A stretch of 64,000 nucleotides of DNA from Candidatus Limnocylindrales bacterium (lineage in GTDB: Bacteria > Moduliflexota > Moduliflexia > Moduliflexales > JAUQPW01): NCBI GenBank assembly GCA_035559535.1, contig DATMBG010000012.1, positions 1 to 64,000 of the forward strand, read 5' to 3'. The notes beneath the pieces were generated by a model that had not been told where the DNA came from, did no database searches, and worked only from the letters and a program-made list of their open reading frames with translations. Within the stretch, counting starts at the first letter, position 1. Each line of letters opens with the position of its first letter. The position numbers and the translations under genes were made by a program. Positions 20,098 to 30,810 of this stretch are shown piece after piece.

Positions 20098-23000
20098 GTG
20101 ACCAGGGTTCAAGTTATTTTTTTATCCGTGGTAGTATTTCTTGGAGTTCTCGCTACGGGTATGATCCCCCTGAGTTTTATTGGGTCCTATCAAATCCTAG
20201 AAGTTGGTTTAATAGCTGTCATTAGTCTTCTGATCTCATCTTTTGTTTATCTACTTCTTCGGCAATCGGAATGGTTTCATCAAAAAGTTGAAGTTCACAG
20301 CCGGGAATTATCCAAGATCCAGGAGGGGTTAGAAACCCCTGTGGAGGAACGTACTGTGAAGCTGGAAAATACCAACGAGCAGTTATTGTCCGAACTGGCA
20401 GAGCGCAGACGGATGGAGGAGAAATTACGCCAGCAGAATGAGTATTTGGCTGCTCTCCATGAAACAACCCTGGGGCTGATCAATCGATTAGAGCTTACAG
20501 ACCTGCTCGAAGCGATTATTACCCGTGCCGGAGCCCTGGTAGGTACTTCCCATGGCTCGATTTATCTGGTTGAGCCGGGGGAGACGCAGATGGTTCGGAA
20601 GGTAGGGATAGGGATTTGTAGTGGCCTGGTAGGTCATAGCTTAAAACCTGGCGAAGGCTTATCTGGAAAAGTCTGGCAAACCGGTCAACCCATGGTGATA
20701 GAGAATTATCCCGACTGGCCGGCCCGTTTAAACGGGCCGGGTTATGATAGTTTTCAGACTGTGGTGGGATTACCCCTCAAATCGGGATCGAAAGTTGTAG
20801 GGGTTATCGGTCTAAATTGGCTGGAGAAGGGTCGTACTTTTAAAGAAGAAGAGATGACCCTGTTGAATCGATTTGCCCAGCTTGCTTCTATAGCCCTGGA
20901 CAACGCCCGGCTTTATACCTCTGCTCAGCAAGAACTGGCCGCACGCAGACAGGCTGAGGAGGCTTTACGTAAAAGTGAAACCATCACCCGGGCCTTATTA
21001 AATGCCATGCCCGATATGATGTTTCGCGTAAGCCAGGACGGCACCTGCCTGGATGTCAAGCCCGCCAAAGATTTCGAGTTGTTACTCCCCCCGGACGAAA
21101 TACCGGGTAAAAAACTCCCTCAGGTATTACCAACCGAAGTGGCTCAACAGGCTCTACACGCCATTAAACAGGCCCTGCAAACCGGTGAGACTCAAATCTT
21201 TGAATATCAATTTTCGAAGGAAGGCCAGGTGCAGGATCTGGAAGCGCGGGTGGTGGCGATAGGAAAAGAGGATGGGCTGATTATTATGCGGGATATTACC
21301 GATAGAAAGCGTTTAGAGCGGGAATTGGTTGCAGCCCGAGAAGCCGCTCTTCAGGCTGCACAGGCCAAATCAGAATTTCTAGCCAGCATGAGCCATGAGA
21401 TTCGAACCCCCATGAATGGCGTCATCGGGACCACAGGCCTCTTGATGAAAACCCCTCTAACTCCAGAACAGCGAGAATATACCGAAACCATCCGGATTAG
21501 TGGTGAGATGCTGTTAAGTGTGATTAATGATATTCTCGATTTATCCAAGATTGAATCAGGCAAATTAGAGCTGGAAGAACGACCTTTTGAATTAAGAACC
21601 TGTATTGAAGATATCTTCGATTTGTTCACTTCCAGGGCCTTAGAAAAGAAAATAGAACTGCTCTATTTTGTGGATCCCCAGGTACCTCCGGCCATCATGG
21701 GAGACATCACCCGCTTGAAACAAATCCTGGTCAACCTTATTGGTAATGCCATAAAGTTTACGGATAAGGGGGAAGTATATGTAGAAGTCAGAAGTCGGGA
21801 ACTGAAAGTCGAAACGGATTCCGGCTCCGGGCCTCCAGCATCTGATTCCTCTGCTCTCCCCCTAGAACTTCTGTTTTCGATTAAGGATACAGGCGTCGGA
21901 ATTCCCGCCGACAAAATGGATCGCTTATTCAAATCCTTCTCTCAAGTGGATACCTCCACAACCCGCAAATACGGAGGAACCGGTTTAGGGCTTGCTATTT
22001 GCTCAAAATTGGTTCAGCTCATGGGTGGGAAAATGGGGGTGGAGAGTATTGAAGGGAAAGGATCTACCTTCTTTTTTACCGTCAAAACCGTGGCTGTCCC
22101 TTCCACTCCAAAAGCCTATTTAAATAGTAATATTCCTGAATTACATCACAAGCGGGTTCTTATTGTTGATGATAATCCCCGGCATCTCCTTATTTTAGCT
22201 TCCCAGTGCCAATATTGGGGTATGTTACCCCGAACCACTCCCTCACCTTGGGAAGCTTTGAACTGGATTGTAAAAGAGAAAAATCCCTTCGATCTGATCC
22301 TGATAGATAAGCAGATGCCGGAAATGGATGGGATTGCATTGGGACGTGAAGTTCGTAAAGCCTGCCCTACAAAGTCCTTTCCCCTGGTCTTACTCAGTGT
22401 AAATAGACTGGATGATCGGGTCTTTAAAGAAATATTCTCCACATATATTCTAAAACCCATCAAACCCTCCCGGCTCTTCGATGTTTTAATAACCTTATTT
22501 TCTCATAAAGAGAAGGCATCCGTGGACCTGGAAGTCAAACCCAGAATGGATCGAAAGTTGGCAGAACGTTTACCTTTAAAAATATTGGTAGCGGAAGACA
22601 ACGTTATCAATAGAAAACTGGTTCTCTGGATTCTTGAACAGATGGGTTATAGGGTCGATGTTGCCAATCACGGTCTGGAAGTGTTAAGTGCCCTCAAGAA
22701 ACAACCTTACGATCTCATTTTTATGGATGTGCAAATGCCGGAAATGGACGGCCTGGAAACGACCCGTCAGATTGTCCGGGATTGGCCTGAAGATAAAAGA
22801 CCTGTCATCGTTGCTATGACCGCCAATGTTATGAAGGGAGATCAGGAAAGATGCCTAGAAGCGGGGATGGATGATTATCTGGCCAAGCCTGTCACAAGCG
22901 AGGAAATTCAAAGGACTCTGGAGCGATGGGGACAAATCTGTAGGGCAAGGACTAAGGGACCAAATCTGGAGTTATCTTCCAGGATTCAAATTAATCCCTC

Positions 23001-23325
23001 TCAAATCGCCGAATTAAAGACCATTGATAAACATCTTTTGTCCGAGATGGTAGATTTATTTTTGGAACAAACTCCTCAATTGATCGGGGAACTCAGGAAA
23101 TTCGCCCAACAGGGAGATACGGCAAATATTATCAAAATCGCCCATAAACTCACAGGATCCAGTTTAAACTTAGGCATTCCTTCCCTGGCCGCTCTGTGTA
23201 AAAAAATTGAGATAAAAGGTCAGAGCAGAGATTTATCTGAAATAAGTTCCCTTATCAGACAACTGGAAGAGGAGTATGAGCAGGTCCGTCTAAAATTAAA
23301 GAATCTTCAACTCGGATATCTGTAG
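20098..23325 (+). CDS. Hybrid sensor histidine kinase (2 TM, GAF, PAS, HisKA, HATPase, 2x REC, Hpt)
   Basis: [34 protein letters not shown], two receiver domains, AHKLTGSS Hpt. Confidence 0.95.
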   Translation: MTRVQVIFLSVVVFLGVLATGMIPLSFIGSYQILEVGLIAVISLLISSFVYLLLRQSEWFHQKVEVHSRELSKIQEGLETPVEERTVKLENTNEQLLSELAERRRMEEKLRQQNEYLAALHETTLGLINRLELTDLLEAIITRAGALVGTSHGSIYLVEPGETQMVRKVGIGICSGLVGHSLKPGEGLSGKVWQTGQPMVIENYPDWPARLNGPGYDSFQTVVGLPLKSGSKVVGVIGLNWLEKGRTFKEEEMTLLNRFAQLASIALDNARLYTSAQQELAARRQAEEALRKSETITRALLNAMPDMMFRVSQDGTCLDVKPAKDFELLLPPDEIPGKKLPQVLPTEVAQQALHAIKQALQTGETQIFEYQFSKEGQVQDLEARVVAIGKEDGLIIMRDITDRKRLERELVAAREAALQAAQAKSEFLASMSHEIRTPMNGVIGTTGLLMKTPLTPEQREYTETIRISGEMLLSVINDILDLSKIESGKLELEERPFELRTCIEDIFDLFTSRALEKKIELLYFVDPQVPPAIMGDITRLKQILVNLIGNAIKFTDKGEVYVEVRSRELKVETDSGSGPPASDSSALPLELLFSIKDTGVGIPADKMDRLFKSFSQVDTSTTRKYGGTGLGLAICSKLVQLMGGKMGVESIEGKGSTFFFTVKTVAVPSTPKAYLNSNIPELHHKRVLIVDDNPRHLLILASQCQYWGMLPRTTPSPWEALNWIVKEKNPFDLILIDKQMPEMDGIALGREVRKACPTKSFPLVLLSVNRLDDRVFKEIFSTYILKPIKPSRLFDVLITLFSHKEKASVDLEVKPRMDRKLAERLPLKILVAEDNVINRKLVLWILEQMGYRVDVANHGLEVLSALKKQPYDLIFMDVQMPEMDGLETTRQIVRDWPEDKRPVIVAMTANVMKGDQERCLEAGMDDYLAKPVTSEEIQRTLERWGQICRARTKGPNLELSSRIQINPSQIAELKTIDKHLLSEMVDLFLEQTPQLIGELRKFAQQGDTANIIKIAHKLTGSSLNLGIPSLAALCKKIEIKGQSRDLSEISSLIRQLEEEYEQVRLKLKNLQLGYL

Positions 23326-23513
23326 AGTATTTCTTATTTTTAAGAGGGGTCTTGAAGAAGATAGACAAATTTAAAGATCCAGATGAAAATCTACTGTTTG
23401 GGGGAGTAGATTTATTATAAGAAGGGTTTCTTAAACTTATTCAGTTGAAGAGCTGGGGACTGGAGACTGGAAGCCGATCCTAAATCCCGAGTCTCAAGCT
23501 TCGAGATCGTAGA

Positions 23514-24926
23514 ATGGACAAGAAGAACCTTATTGAGGAACTGGCGCAAATTGTAGGGGTAGAAAATGTTTTTCATGAGCCAGAAGACCTGGTTACCTAC
23601 CAGTATGATGCTTATCTGAGTAGGGCCATGCCGGACTTTGTCGTTTTTCCTACCACCACCGAACAGGTTTCTGAGATTTTAAAGGTTGCCAGTCGAGAAA
23701 AAGTACCCTTTGTAGCCCGTGGAGCGGGTACGGGGATCAGCGGAGGTGCGATCCCTGTTAAAGGAGGGATGGTAGTTGCCCTCTCCCGCATGAATAAAAT
23801 TTTAGAGGTGGATTTCGAAAACCGAAGGGCCCGGGTTCAGCCAGGAGTGATTAATTTAGATCTGAGCCATGCGATAAAAGATAAAGGATTTCACTATATT
23901 CCTGATCCGGCCAGCCAGCAATCCTGTACCATAGGTGGGAACGTAGCCGAAAATGCAGGGGGTCCCCACTGCCTGGCTTATGGGGTCACGACCAACCATG
24001 TTTTAGGTCTGACTGTGGTTTTACCCAACGGTGAGATCATTCATACCGGCGGAAAGGCCCTGGATTATCCGGGATATGATTTAACAGGCTTGTTGGTAGG
24101 CTCTGAAGGAACTTTAGGAATTGTTACCGAAATCGTTGTTCGGATCGAGCATCGACCAGAAGCTGTTAAAACCCTTTTGGCAAGCTTTTCAAATATGTTA
24201 GATGCTGCCAAGACCGTTTCTGCCATCATTGCCAGTGGAACCATTCCGGCTGCCTTGGAAATGATGGATAAACCTGCCATTGAAGCGGTAGAAGCCTTTG
24301 CCCACGCCGGTTATCCTGTAGAAGCCGCAGCTGTTTTGTTGATAGAGCTGGAAGGTCTTAAGGATGGCATGGATCGATTGGCCAAGAAGATTGTAGAAAT
24401 TTGTCAAAGCCATAAAGCCATTGAAGTCAAGGTGGCGCAGAATGAGCAGGAACGTATGCAGCTCTGGAAGGGTCGTAAATGTGCGGCTGGAGCCATCGGA
24501 CGGATCTGTAATAAGTATTACCTCCATGATTGTGTTGTACCTCGTAATAAACTGGTGGCAGTACTCTCTGAGATTTATCAAATTGCCGAAAAATACCAGG
24601 TGCGAGTGGCCAACGTCTTCCACGCAGGAGACGGGAATTTACACCCCCTGGTTCCTATGGATATGAGTGATCGGGATCAGGTAGAAAGGGCCCTTCGTGC
24701 CGGGGATGAGATTCTAAAATGTTGTATCCAGGCCGGAGGCACCCTGAGTGGGGAGCATGGGATCGGATTGGAGAAAAATGAACTCATGCCGCTGATCTTC
24801 AATGAAGCAGATCTCAATGCCATGAAGAAAGTCAAGGCCGTGTTTAATCCCGAAGATCTCTGCAATCCAGGAAAAATCTTCCCAACCCCTGGCCGATGCT
24901 TAGAAGTGACGCAACGACCCCGGTAG
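23514..24926 (+). CDS. glcD: Glycolate oxidase FAD-linked subunit
   Basis: RGAGTGISGG, PDPAS...TIGGNVAENAGG, HAGDGNLHP, GEHGIG. Confidence 0.9.
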   Translation: MDKKNLIEELAQIVGVENVFHEPEDLVTYQYDAYLSRAMPDFVVFPTTTEQVSEILKVASREKVPFVARGAGTGISGGAIPVKGGMVVALSRMNKILEVDFENRRARVQPGVINLDLSHAIKDKGFHYIPDPASQQSCTIGGNVAENAGGPHCLAYGVTTNHVLGLTVVLPNGEIIHTGGKALDYPGYDLTGLLVGSEGTLGIVTEIVVRIEHRPEAVKTLLASFSNMLDAAKTVSAIIASGTIPAALEMMDKPAIEAVEAFAHAGYPVEAAAVLLIELEGLKDGMDRLAKKIVEICQSHKAIEVKVAQNEQERMQLWKGRKCAAGAIGRICNKYYLHDCVVPRNKLVAVLSEIYQIAEKYQVRVANVFHAGDGNLHPLVPMDMSDRDQVERALRAGDEILKCCIQAGGTLSGEHGIGLEKNELMPLIFNEADLNAMKKVKAVFNPEDLCNPGKIFPTPGRCLEVTQRPR

Positions 24927-24953
24927 TAGGGATAACCGGCCGGTTATCCCTGC
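24926..24953. repeat. GTAG-type REP palindrome
   Basis: GTAGGGATAACCGGCCGGTTATCCCTGC; family copies at 26691, 28412, 28498, 28740 and 30777. Confidence 0.85.
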
Positions 24954-25183
24954 TCAATTCCAGGGTGTGGACCTGAGGTTTTAAACAACTCCCCAGGAGT
25001 GTACTGCCAGGAAACATCCCGCCGAGAGGAGGTTTCTTGTCGAAAGAAGGATCTTGAAAAGATCTCGGTCAACGGTGTGTAGAAATCCTAGAATCCCAGA
25101 TTTCCAGGCTTCCTGAGGAGTGATCTGTTGAGAGAAATCACTTCCACCGGAGCCGGATAAGGAGGATTTTTATTCTCTATCCC

Positions 25184-26581
25184 ATGATTTTTAAACAGGT
25201 TGCGGAAATCGTAGGAGAATCCAATTGCTTAACAGAAGCCCTGCAATCCTATGCAGTAGATGGAATGGTCCCTAAATTGGTCGTTTTTCCGGAAAATGTA
25301 GAACAAGTCTCGGCTTTAATGAAGCTGGCGGATCAGGAAAGGCTGGTGGTGATTCCCCGTGGAAGCGGAACCAAAATGAGCCTTGGCAATATTCCCAAAC
25401 AAGTCGATATGGTTCTGGTCCTGAAGAAACTAAATAAGATCCTGGAGTATGAGCCCGATGACCTTACGGCAACTGTAGAAGCTGGAATACTTTTAACCCA
25501 TTTACAAGGGCGCTTAAAAGAAAAAAATCAATGTTTTCCCCTGGATCCTCCGTTTTCTTCTGAAGCTACCTTAGGAGGGATTGTAGCTACGAATTCCAAC
25601 GGGCCCGGCCGGTTTTTCCACGGTTCTGTACGGGACCTGGTGGTTGGGATTCGGGTTGTTCATCCAGGTGGTGTTATCGCCCGGGCCGGTGGAAAAGTCG
25701 TCAAAAACGTCTCTGGTTATGATATGAATAAGCTTTATACAGGATCTTTAGGGACTTTAGGGATTATTACCGAGCTGAGTCTTAAACTCAGACCTCTTCC
25801 CGAGGTGAGTAAAACCCTTCTCCTCCGATTTTCTTCTCTATCTGAAGCAGCCCGGTTGGTTCTTCAAATCTCAACCTCTGAACTGTTACCCACAGCATTG
25901 GAAATCCTGGACTCCAAGGCCTGGCAAAGAATGAATCGTACTGATCCTTCGATCAATCCGGGACAGGTCGGTAGCCTTTCATTGGAGACGGATCCTGGTG
26001 TTGCTGCTTCAGGGGTTACTTTTGCCGCTAAGTTAGAAGGATTGTCTGAGAACGTAGAACGGCAGATTATCCAAATTCGGGAGTGGGGACAACAAAAGGG
26101 GGCCACGGGAGCCGAAGTCCTGGATGGAGATCTCCATGGTAAATTCTGGGAGAAGATTCAAAATCATCCCCAAACCTTTTCGGCAGACGCTTCCAATACC
26201 CTTTGTTGCAAGGCAAGCCTTCCGGCTTCAAAGGTGGAAGATTTTTTCCAAGCGGTGAAGAAAATAGGAAATAGCCAAAACCTTGACCCGGTAATGTTCT
26301 CCCATGCCGGGAGTGGAATCGTTTATATTTATCTTGGGTTGGAGGCTGTTCCCACCGGAGTAGATAGAATATCTATTTTCTCGTATCTTATTAAAGAAAT
26401 ACGCAACCTGTCTATTCAATTCGAAGGGAGTCTGGTAGTTGAAGCGGCTCCCACCGATCTTAAAAAGAAAGTGGACGTCTGGGGCCCTGTCGGGGATAGT
26501 TGGAAGATCATGAAATTGTTAAAAGAACAGTTTGATCCTCATGGGATTTTAAATCCAGGGCGATTTATAGAGGGGATATAA
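25184..26581 (+). CDS. glcE: Glycolate oxidase FAD-binding subunit
   Basis: YEPDDLTATVEAG, LDPP, GGKVVKNVSGYD, FDPHGILNPGRF; lies between glcD and glcF. Confidence 0.88.
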   Translation: MIFKQVAEIVGESNCLTEALQSYAVDGMVPKLVVFPENVEQVSALMKLADQERLVVIPRGSGTKMSLGNIPKQVDMVLVLKKLNKILEYEPDDLTATVEAGILLTHLQGRLKEKNQCFPLDPPFSSEATLGGIVATNSNGPGRFFHGSVRDLVVGIRVVHPGGVIARAGGKVVKNVSGYDMNKLYTGSLGTLGIITELSLKLRPLPEVSKTLLLRFSSLSEAARLVLQISTSELLPTALEILDSKAWQRMNRTDPSINPGQVGSLSLETDPGVAASGVTFAAKLEGLSENVERQIIQIREWGQQKGATGAEVLDGDLHGKFWEKIQNHPQTFSADASNTLCCKASLPASKVEDFFQAVKKIGNSQNLDPVMFSHAGSGIVYIYLGLEAVPTGVDRISIFSYLIKEIRNLSIQFEGSLVVEAAPTDLKKKVDVWGPVGDSWKIMKLLKEQFDPHGILNPGRFIEGI

Positions 26582-26660
26582 GTTGCGGAATTATAATTAT
26601 AAAGGTACGATGAGATTTAGATAGGGATTATAATTCTGCATCTGCCATTCAGAAGAGATT

Positions 26661-28004
26661 ATGCCTATTGAAGATCTTTTAAAAAATGTAGTAGGGGTGA
26701 CCGGCCGGTCACCCGTACTCTTCCAAGAAGATTCCATTCATGAAGAGATTATAAAGTGTGTAGGATGCGGCCTCTGTCTCCCTTATTGCCCGACCTACCG
26801 GGAGATTGGGACCGAGATGGCTTCGCCGAGGGGTCGTATCGCTTTAGCCAAAGAGTATTTTGATGGAAAACTGAAAATCACCCCCCGGTTTGCAGAACAT
26901 CTTTATCTTTGTCTGGAATGTCTGGCCTGCGAGACGGCCTGTCCTTCCGGTGTCAGGTTCCATCGGATCATGGAACCTGCCCGGGAAGCCATTGAAAAAA
27001 ATTTAGAGCGACCCTTCTGGGACCGAACAGTTCGGGATATGGTCTTTAAACATATTTTTCCTTACCCTAAAAGGCTTCAATTACTCGCCGGGTTTTTGAG
27101 GTTATATCAGGTTTCGGGTCTTCAGTGGCTTGTCCGTAAAACCGGGCTACTCCGTTCTATCTCAGAATCTCTGGAAGAAACAGAACAGATGCTGCCTCCC
27201 ATTCAACCCAAAGCCTTACGGGAGTCTTTAAAAGAGGTCACCCCCCCCCTGGGAGGTAAAAAACAATATCGGGTTGGATTTTTATCCGGGTGTGTGATGA
27301 ATCTGGTATTCACCCCCATTAATCTGGCGACGGTCCGTGTACTCGCCCGAAATGGTTGTGAGGTTATTACGCCCCGCTTTCAAAAATGCTGTGGGGCCCT
27401 TCACCTGCACAACGGTGAAACCGATATAGCCAGACAAATGGCTCGATATAACATCGATATCTTCGAAAAACTTCAGTTAGATGTCCTTCTGGTAAATTCG
27501 GCAGGGTGCGGGTCGGCTTTAAAGGAGTACGGTGAACTTTTAAAGGACGATTCCCAATATGCCCAAAAAGCCTCTGCCTTCAGTCAAAAGGTAAAGGATA
27601 TTTCGGAATTTTTAGTCGAAATAGACTTCATTAAACCTCAAGGGGCAGTCTACCGAAAGGTTACCTATGATGACCCCTGTCACTTAATCCACGGTCAGGG
27701 TATTAAATTCCAACCCCGTGAGATTCTGAAATCTATTCCGGGTCTTGAGGTGGTAGAACTTAAGGAATCTGATTGGTGTTGTGGAAGTGCCGGTATCTAT
27801 AATGTTACCCATCCGGAGCTTTCCATGAGATTACTGGACCGAAAGATGGCCCATGTAAAAGCTACCGGCGCCGATCTTCTAGCAACGGCTAATCCAGGCT
27901 GTATCCTGCAGTTACGTTGGGGAGCTAAGCGGGCCGGATTGAAACTGGATGTAGTCCATATTGTGGAACTTCTGGATCAGGCTTATTCCAAAGAATTGGG
28001 GTAA
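26661..28004 (+). CDS. glcF: Glycolate oxidase iron-sulfur subunit
   Basis: Two CxxCxxCxxxCP motifs plus two CCG domains. Confidence 0.9.
   Translation: MPIEDLLKNVVGVTGRSPVLFQEDSIHEEIIKCVGCGLCLPYCPTYREIGTEMASPRGRIALAKEYFDGKLKITPRFAEHLYLCLECLACETACPSGVRFHRIMEPAREAIEKNLERPFWDRTVRDMVFKHIFPYPKRLQLLAGFLRLYQVSGLQWLVRKTGLLRSISESLEETEQMLPPIQPKALRESLKEVTPPLGGKKQYRVGFLSGCVMNLVFTPINLATVRVLARNGCEVITPRFQKCCGALHLHNGETDIARQMARYNIDIFEKLQLDVLLVNSAGCGSALKEYGELLKDDSQYAQKASAFSQKVKDISEFLVEIDFIKPQGAVYRKVTYDDPCHLIHGQGIKFQPREILKSIPGLEVVELKESDWCCGSAGIYNVTHPELSMRLLDRKMAHVKATGADLLATANPGCILQLRWGAKRAGLKLDVVHIVELLDQAYSKELG
26691..26718. repeat. GTAG-type REP palindrome inside the glcF reading frame
   Basis: GTAGGGGTGACCGGCCGGTCACCCGTAC, one nt different from the intergenic copy at 28412. 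Confidence 0.85.
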
Positions 28005-28059
28005 TTTTCAGGGGACGATAAATGTAGAGATTCCCACCGGCATTATTAATCTCTCATTA

Positions 28060-28335
28060 TTAATCTCTACTGATAACGAATAAATGGGCTCCATCCTCTT
28101 GCTTTCCGACATACTTAAGAATATAGATCCCTCCCACCTTATACTCCCTGCGTTCATAACCGATTCTCAATCCAGGAGCCAGAGCTCCTGGAGGACCCTC
28201 GATATTTTGAGCTGACAGGGATCTTCCGACCCAATGATCCACTCCCCAGGCTATCAAATTTAAGATGAGCAGGACGGCCAAAAAAATATCTTTATATCTT
28301 TTGATAAATTGAATGATTTGCATACCAGGGGCCAT
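28060..28335 (-). CDS. Small single-TM hypothetical protein
   Basis: One hydrophobic helix followed by a beta-rich domain; no competing ORF. Confidence 0.6.
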   Translation of the reverse strand: MAPGMQIIQFIKRYKDIFLAVLLILNLIAWGVDHWVGRSLSAQNIEGPPGALAPGLRIGYERREYKVGGIYILKYVGKQEDGAHLFVISRD

Positions 28336-28359
28336 AATTTAGGTTTTTCTCACCTAACT

Positions 28360-29140
28360 CCCTATTCCCCTTCCCGACACGGGAAAGGAGCTGGGATTGC
28401 TCAGATCCCTAGTAGGGGTGACCGGCCGGTCACCCCTACCCTCCCAGGGCCACGCAGGACCTATAAGTCTGGGAAAGCTCGATCTGTAGAGTAAAACGTA
28501 GGGACAAACGGCCGGTTGCCCATACAGGGAGAATCGGAAAAGCGATTGGAACTGGCTTTTTTGCCTTTACTTTCTCACATTGTCTAACCCTCTTTCCGAT
28601 CCCCTCAACAGATTACTTGAAAATCTTTTTTCTCAGAGGCCTCCAAAAGATGGGGGAATACGTAGCCCTGCAAGGGAAGGGGAGAACCCAGAGGTCTGAC
28701 GACGACCGGCCCTCCCTTCCCGACGCGGGAAGAGGGACGGTAGGGGTGACCGGCCGGTCACCCGTGCTAAGGTCAATAAAAAAGATACCTTTCTAAGCTC
28801 CCCTCTCCATTCTCCCCCCGTCGATAGGGGTTAGGGAGAGAAGGGAGGGGTTGCCTGCTTGAAAGCCCGTAGGGTCGCCCTCATAGGCATCAAGCCAAGA
28901 ATTTAAGGCTTTTCCCTTTCTTAGCTTGATACCTATAAGGCGATCCCTATCCTTTAAACTCTCTTTCAATACCGATCTGGTATTATCTCTCGGTGCGGTT
29001 GGCTGAGAAGCTTACTCTTCCCAACTGCTTCCTACCTTCCTCGACCTTCCTTAAGGGTCGGGATAAGGTTTTGCGGATTTAAAAATGGGATCAATCGAGC
29101 TCCAGTGGGGCGCCATGTTAAACAGGACGCCCCTGGAGAT
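28360..29140. repeat. Intergenic cluster of REP palindromes, CCCTTCCC-N-GGGAAGGG hairpins and a nested MITE-like element
   Basis: REPs at 28412-28439, 28498-28525 and 28740-28767; hairpins near 28366 and 28711; element at 28882-28937. Confidence 0.8.
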
Positions 29141-29188
29141 ATTGAAGAGCTCACAGCAGTACTTTACTCATGTAATTACAAATCAGGC

Positions 29189-30607
29189 TTAGCTCTTTAG
29201 ATGAAAACAGACCAGTTTGAGCTCGGTCATTTCTTCGACGGCGTATCTAGGTCCTTCTTTACCGAACCCACTTTCTTTAAGGCCTCCATAGGGCATCAAG
29301 TCGGCACGCCACTGGGGTCCCCAGTTGATCATCAAATTACCGGACTGAACCTCCCGGGCAAACTTCATAGCCCACTCCAGATTTTCGGTGAAAATTCCTG
29401 CCGATAAGCCGTAAATAGAGTCGTTGGCCATTGCAATCGCCTCGTCAATATCTTCGAACTTATTGACCACAACGGCCGGTCCAAAAATTTCATCACTATA
29501 AACTTTCATATCCGGCTTCGCATCGGCTACCACAGTTGGTGCATAGATGGCACCACTCCGTTTTCCACCGGTGATGAGACGGGCCCCTCCTTCGATAGCC
29601 TCATTGATCCATTTCTCAACCCGGATGGCATCTTGCTCCCGGACCATAGGGCCGACCTTTGTAGTTTCTTTTAATTGATCTCCGGTGGTTAAGGCTTCAA
29701 CTTGAGGCTTGAGAACCTCCAAAAAATCTCCATAGACCTTCTTACTGGTTAGAACCCGTTGCGTCGAAATACAGACCTGCCCGGCATTGGAATAGCCGGT
29801 AGCTACCACTGCCGCTGCAACCCTTTCCAGATCTGCATCGGGCATAATGATGACCGGAGAGTTACTGCCCAGTTCCATGGTTACCTTTTTGATTCCGGCC
29901 ATATGACAGATCCGTTCCCCTACGTCACGGCTTCCGGTAAAGGTGATTTTACGAACCCTGCGATCTGCGCAGAGGGTATCCCCGATTTCTCCTCCAGGTC
30001 CTGTGAGACAAGCAATGCCTTCTTCAGGAATTCCGGCTTCCAGCAAGAGTTCTGTCAGTTTAAGGGCCGATAACGGGGTATCGGTAGCCGGTTTGATAAC
30101 CACGGCATTACCCGCCGCCAACGCCGGACCCACTTTATGGCAAACCAGATTTAAGGGAAAGTTAAAGGGGGTAATGGCAGCTACCACCCCACAGGGAACC
30201 CGAAGTGTGAAAGCCAGTTTTCCGGCCCCACCTGGCGCTCCATCTATGGGAACCGTCTCCCCATGGATCCGCTTGGCTTCCTCAGCCGAAAGTGTTAGTG
30301 TCTGGACCGCCCGACTCACCTCAAAACGGGCTTCACCGATAATCTTTCCTTCCTCTTTACTGATTACCTGGGCAAACTCTTCCGCTCTGGCCTCAAGCAT
30401 ATCAGCAGCCTTACGAAGGATACGATAACGGTCATATCCAGGCATGCGGGCCATTACCTTAGCCCCCTGAACCGCTGTCTGAAGAGCTTTGTCTACATCC
30501 GTATGGTCCCCTTTGGGAACCGTATCTATGAGGGAATTATCATAGGGATTGCGTACTTCAATCTTTTCAGATTTATCAATCCATTTACCTCCTATAAACA
30601 TTTTCAT
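29189..30607 (-). CDS. Aldehyde dehydrogenase family (lactaldehyde DH/GapN-like)
   Basis: ITPFNFP, FTGS, MELGSN, GQVCIS, EIFGP, PYGGLKESGFGKEG. Confidence 0.93.
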   Translation of the reverse strand: MKMFIGGKWIDKSEKIEVRNPYDNSLIDTVPKGDHTDVDKALQTAVQGAKVMARMPGYDRYRILRKAADMLEARAEEFAQVISKEEGKIIGEARFEVSRAVQTLTLSAEEAKRIHGETVPIDGAPGGAGKLAFTLRVPCGVVAAITPFNFPLNLVCHKVGPALAAGNAVVIKPATDTPLSALKLTELLLEAGIPEEGIACLTGPGGEIGDTLCADRRVRKITFTGSRDVGERICHMAGIKKVTMELGSNSPVIIMPDADLERVAAAVVATGYSNAGQVCISTQRVLTSKKVYGDFLEVLKPQVEALTTGDQLKETTKVGPMVREQDAIRVEKWINEAIEGGARLITGGKRSGAIYAPTVVADAKPDMKVYSDEIFGPAVVVNKFEDIDEAIAMANDSIYGLSAGIFTENLEWAMKFAREVQSGNLMINWGPQWRADLMPYGGLKESGFGKEGPRYAVEEMTELKLVCFHLKS

Positions 30608-30776
30608 AGAAACTCACCTCCATCAAAATAACCTCTATCAAAATAAACAATGCGATGAATTAAGTTGATAATTCAATTAATATGTGATAACGGTCTGTTG
30701 TCAATCGTTAATTACTAAATATTCCCGGTTAATGGGGGGGTGAGGTGGCGAAACGCCCGCGCTCCCGGGTAACAGA

Positions 30777-30804
30777 GTAGGGATAACCGGCCGGTTATCC
30801 CTAC
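30777..30804. repeat. GTAG-type REP palindrome just downstream of queC
   Basis: Perfect palindrome GTAGGGATAACCGGCCGGTTATCCCTAC. Confidence 0.88.
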
Positions 30805-30810
30805 TTCATC

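Noticed and set aside
30724-30770. GC-rich hairpin CCCGG...GGCGAAACGCC...CCGGG as an ncRNA
   Set aside because: Short, adjacent to a REP, and with no promoter or family match; more likely a repeat remnant or queC 3' structure.
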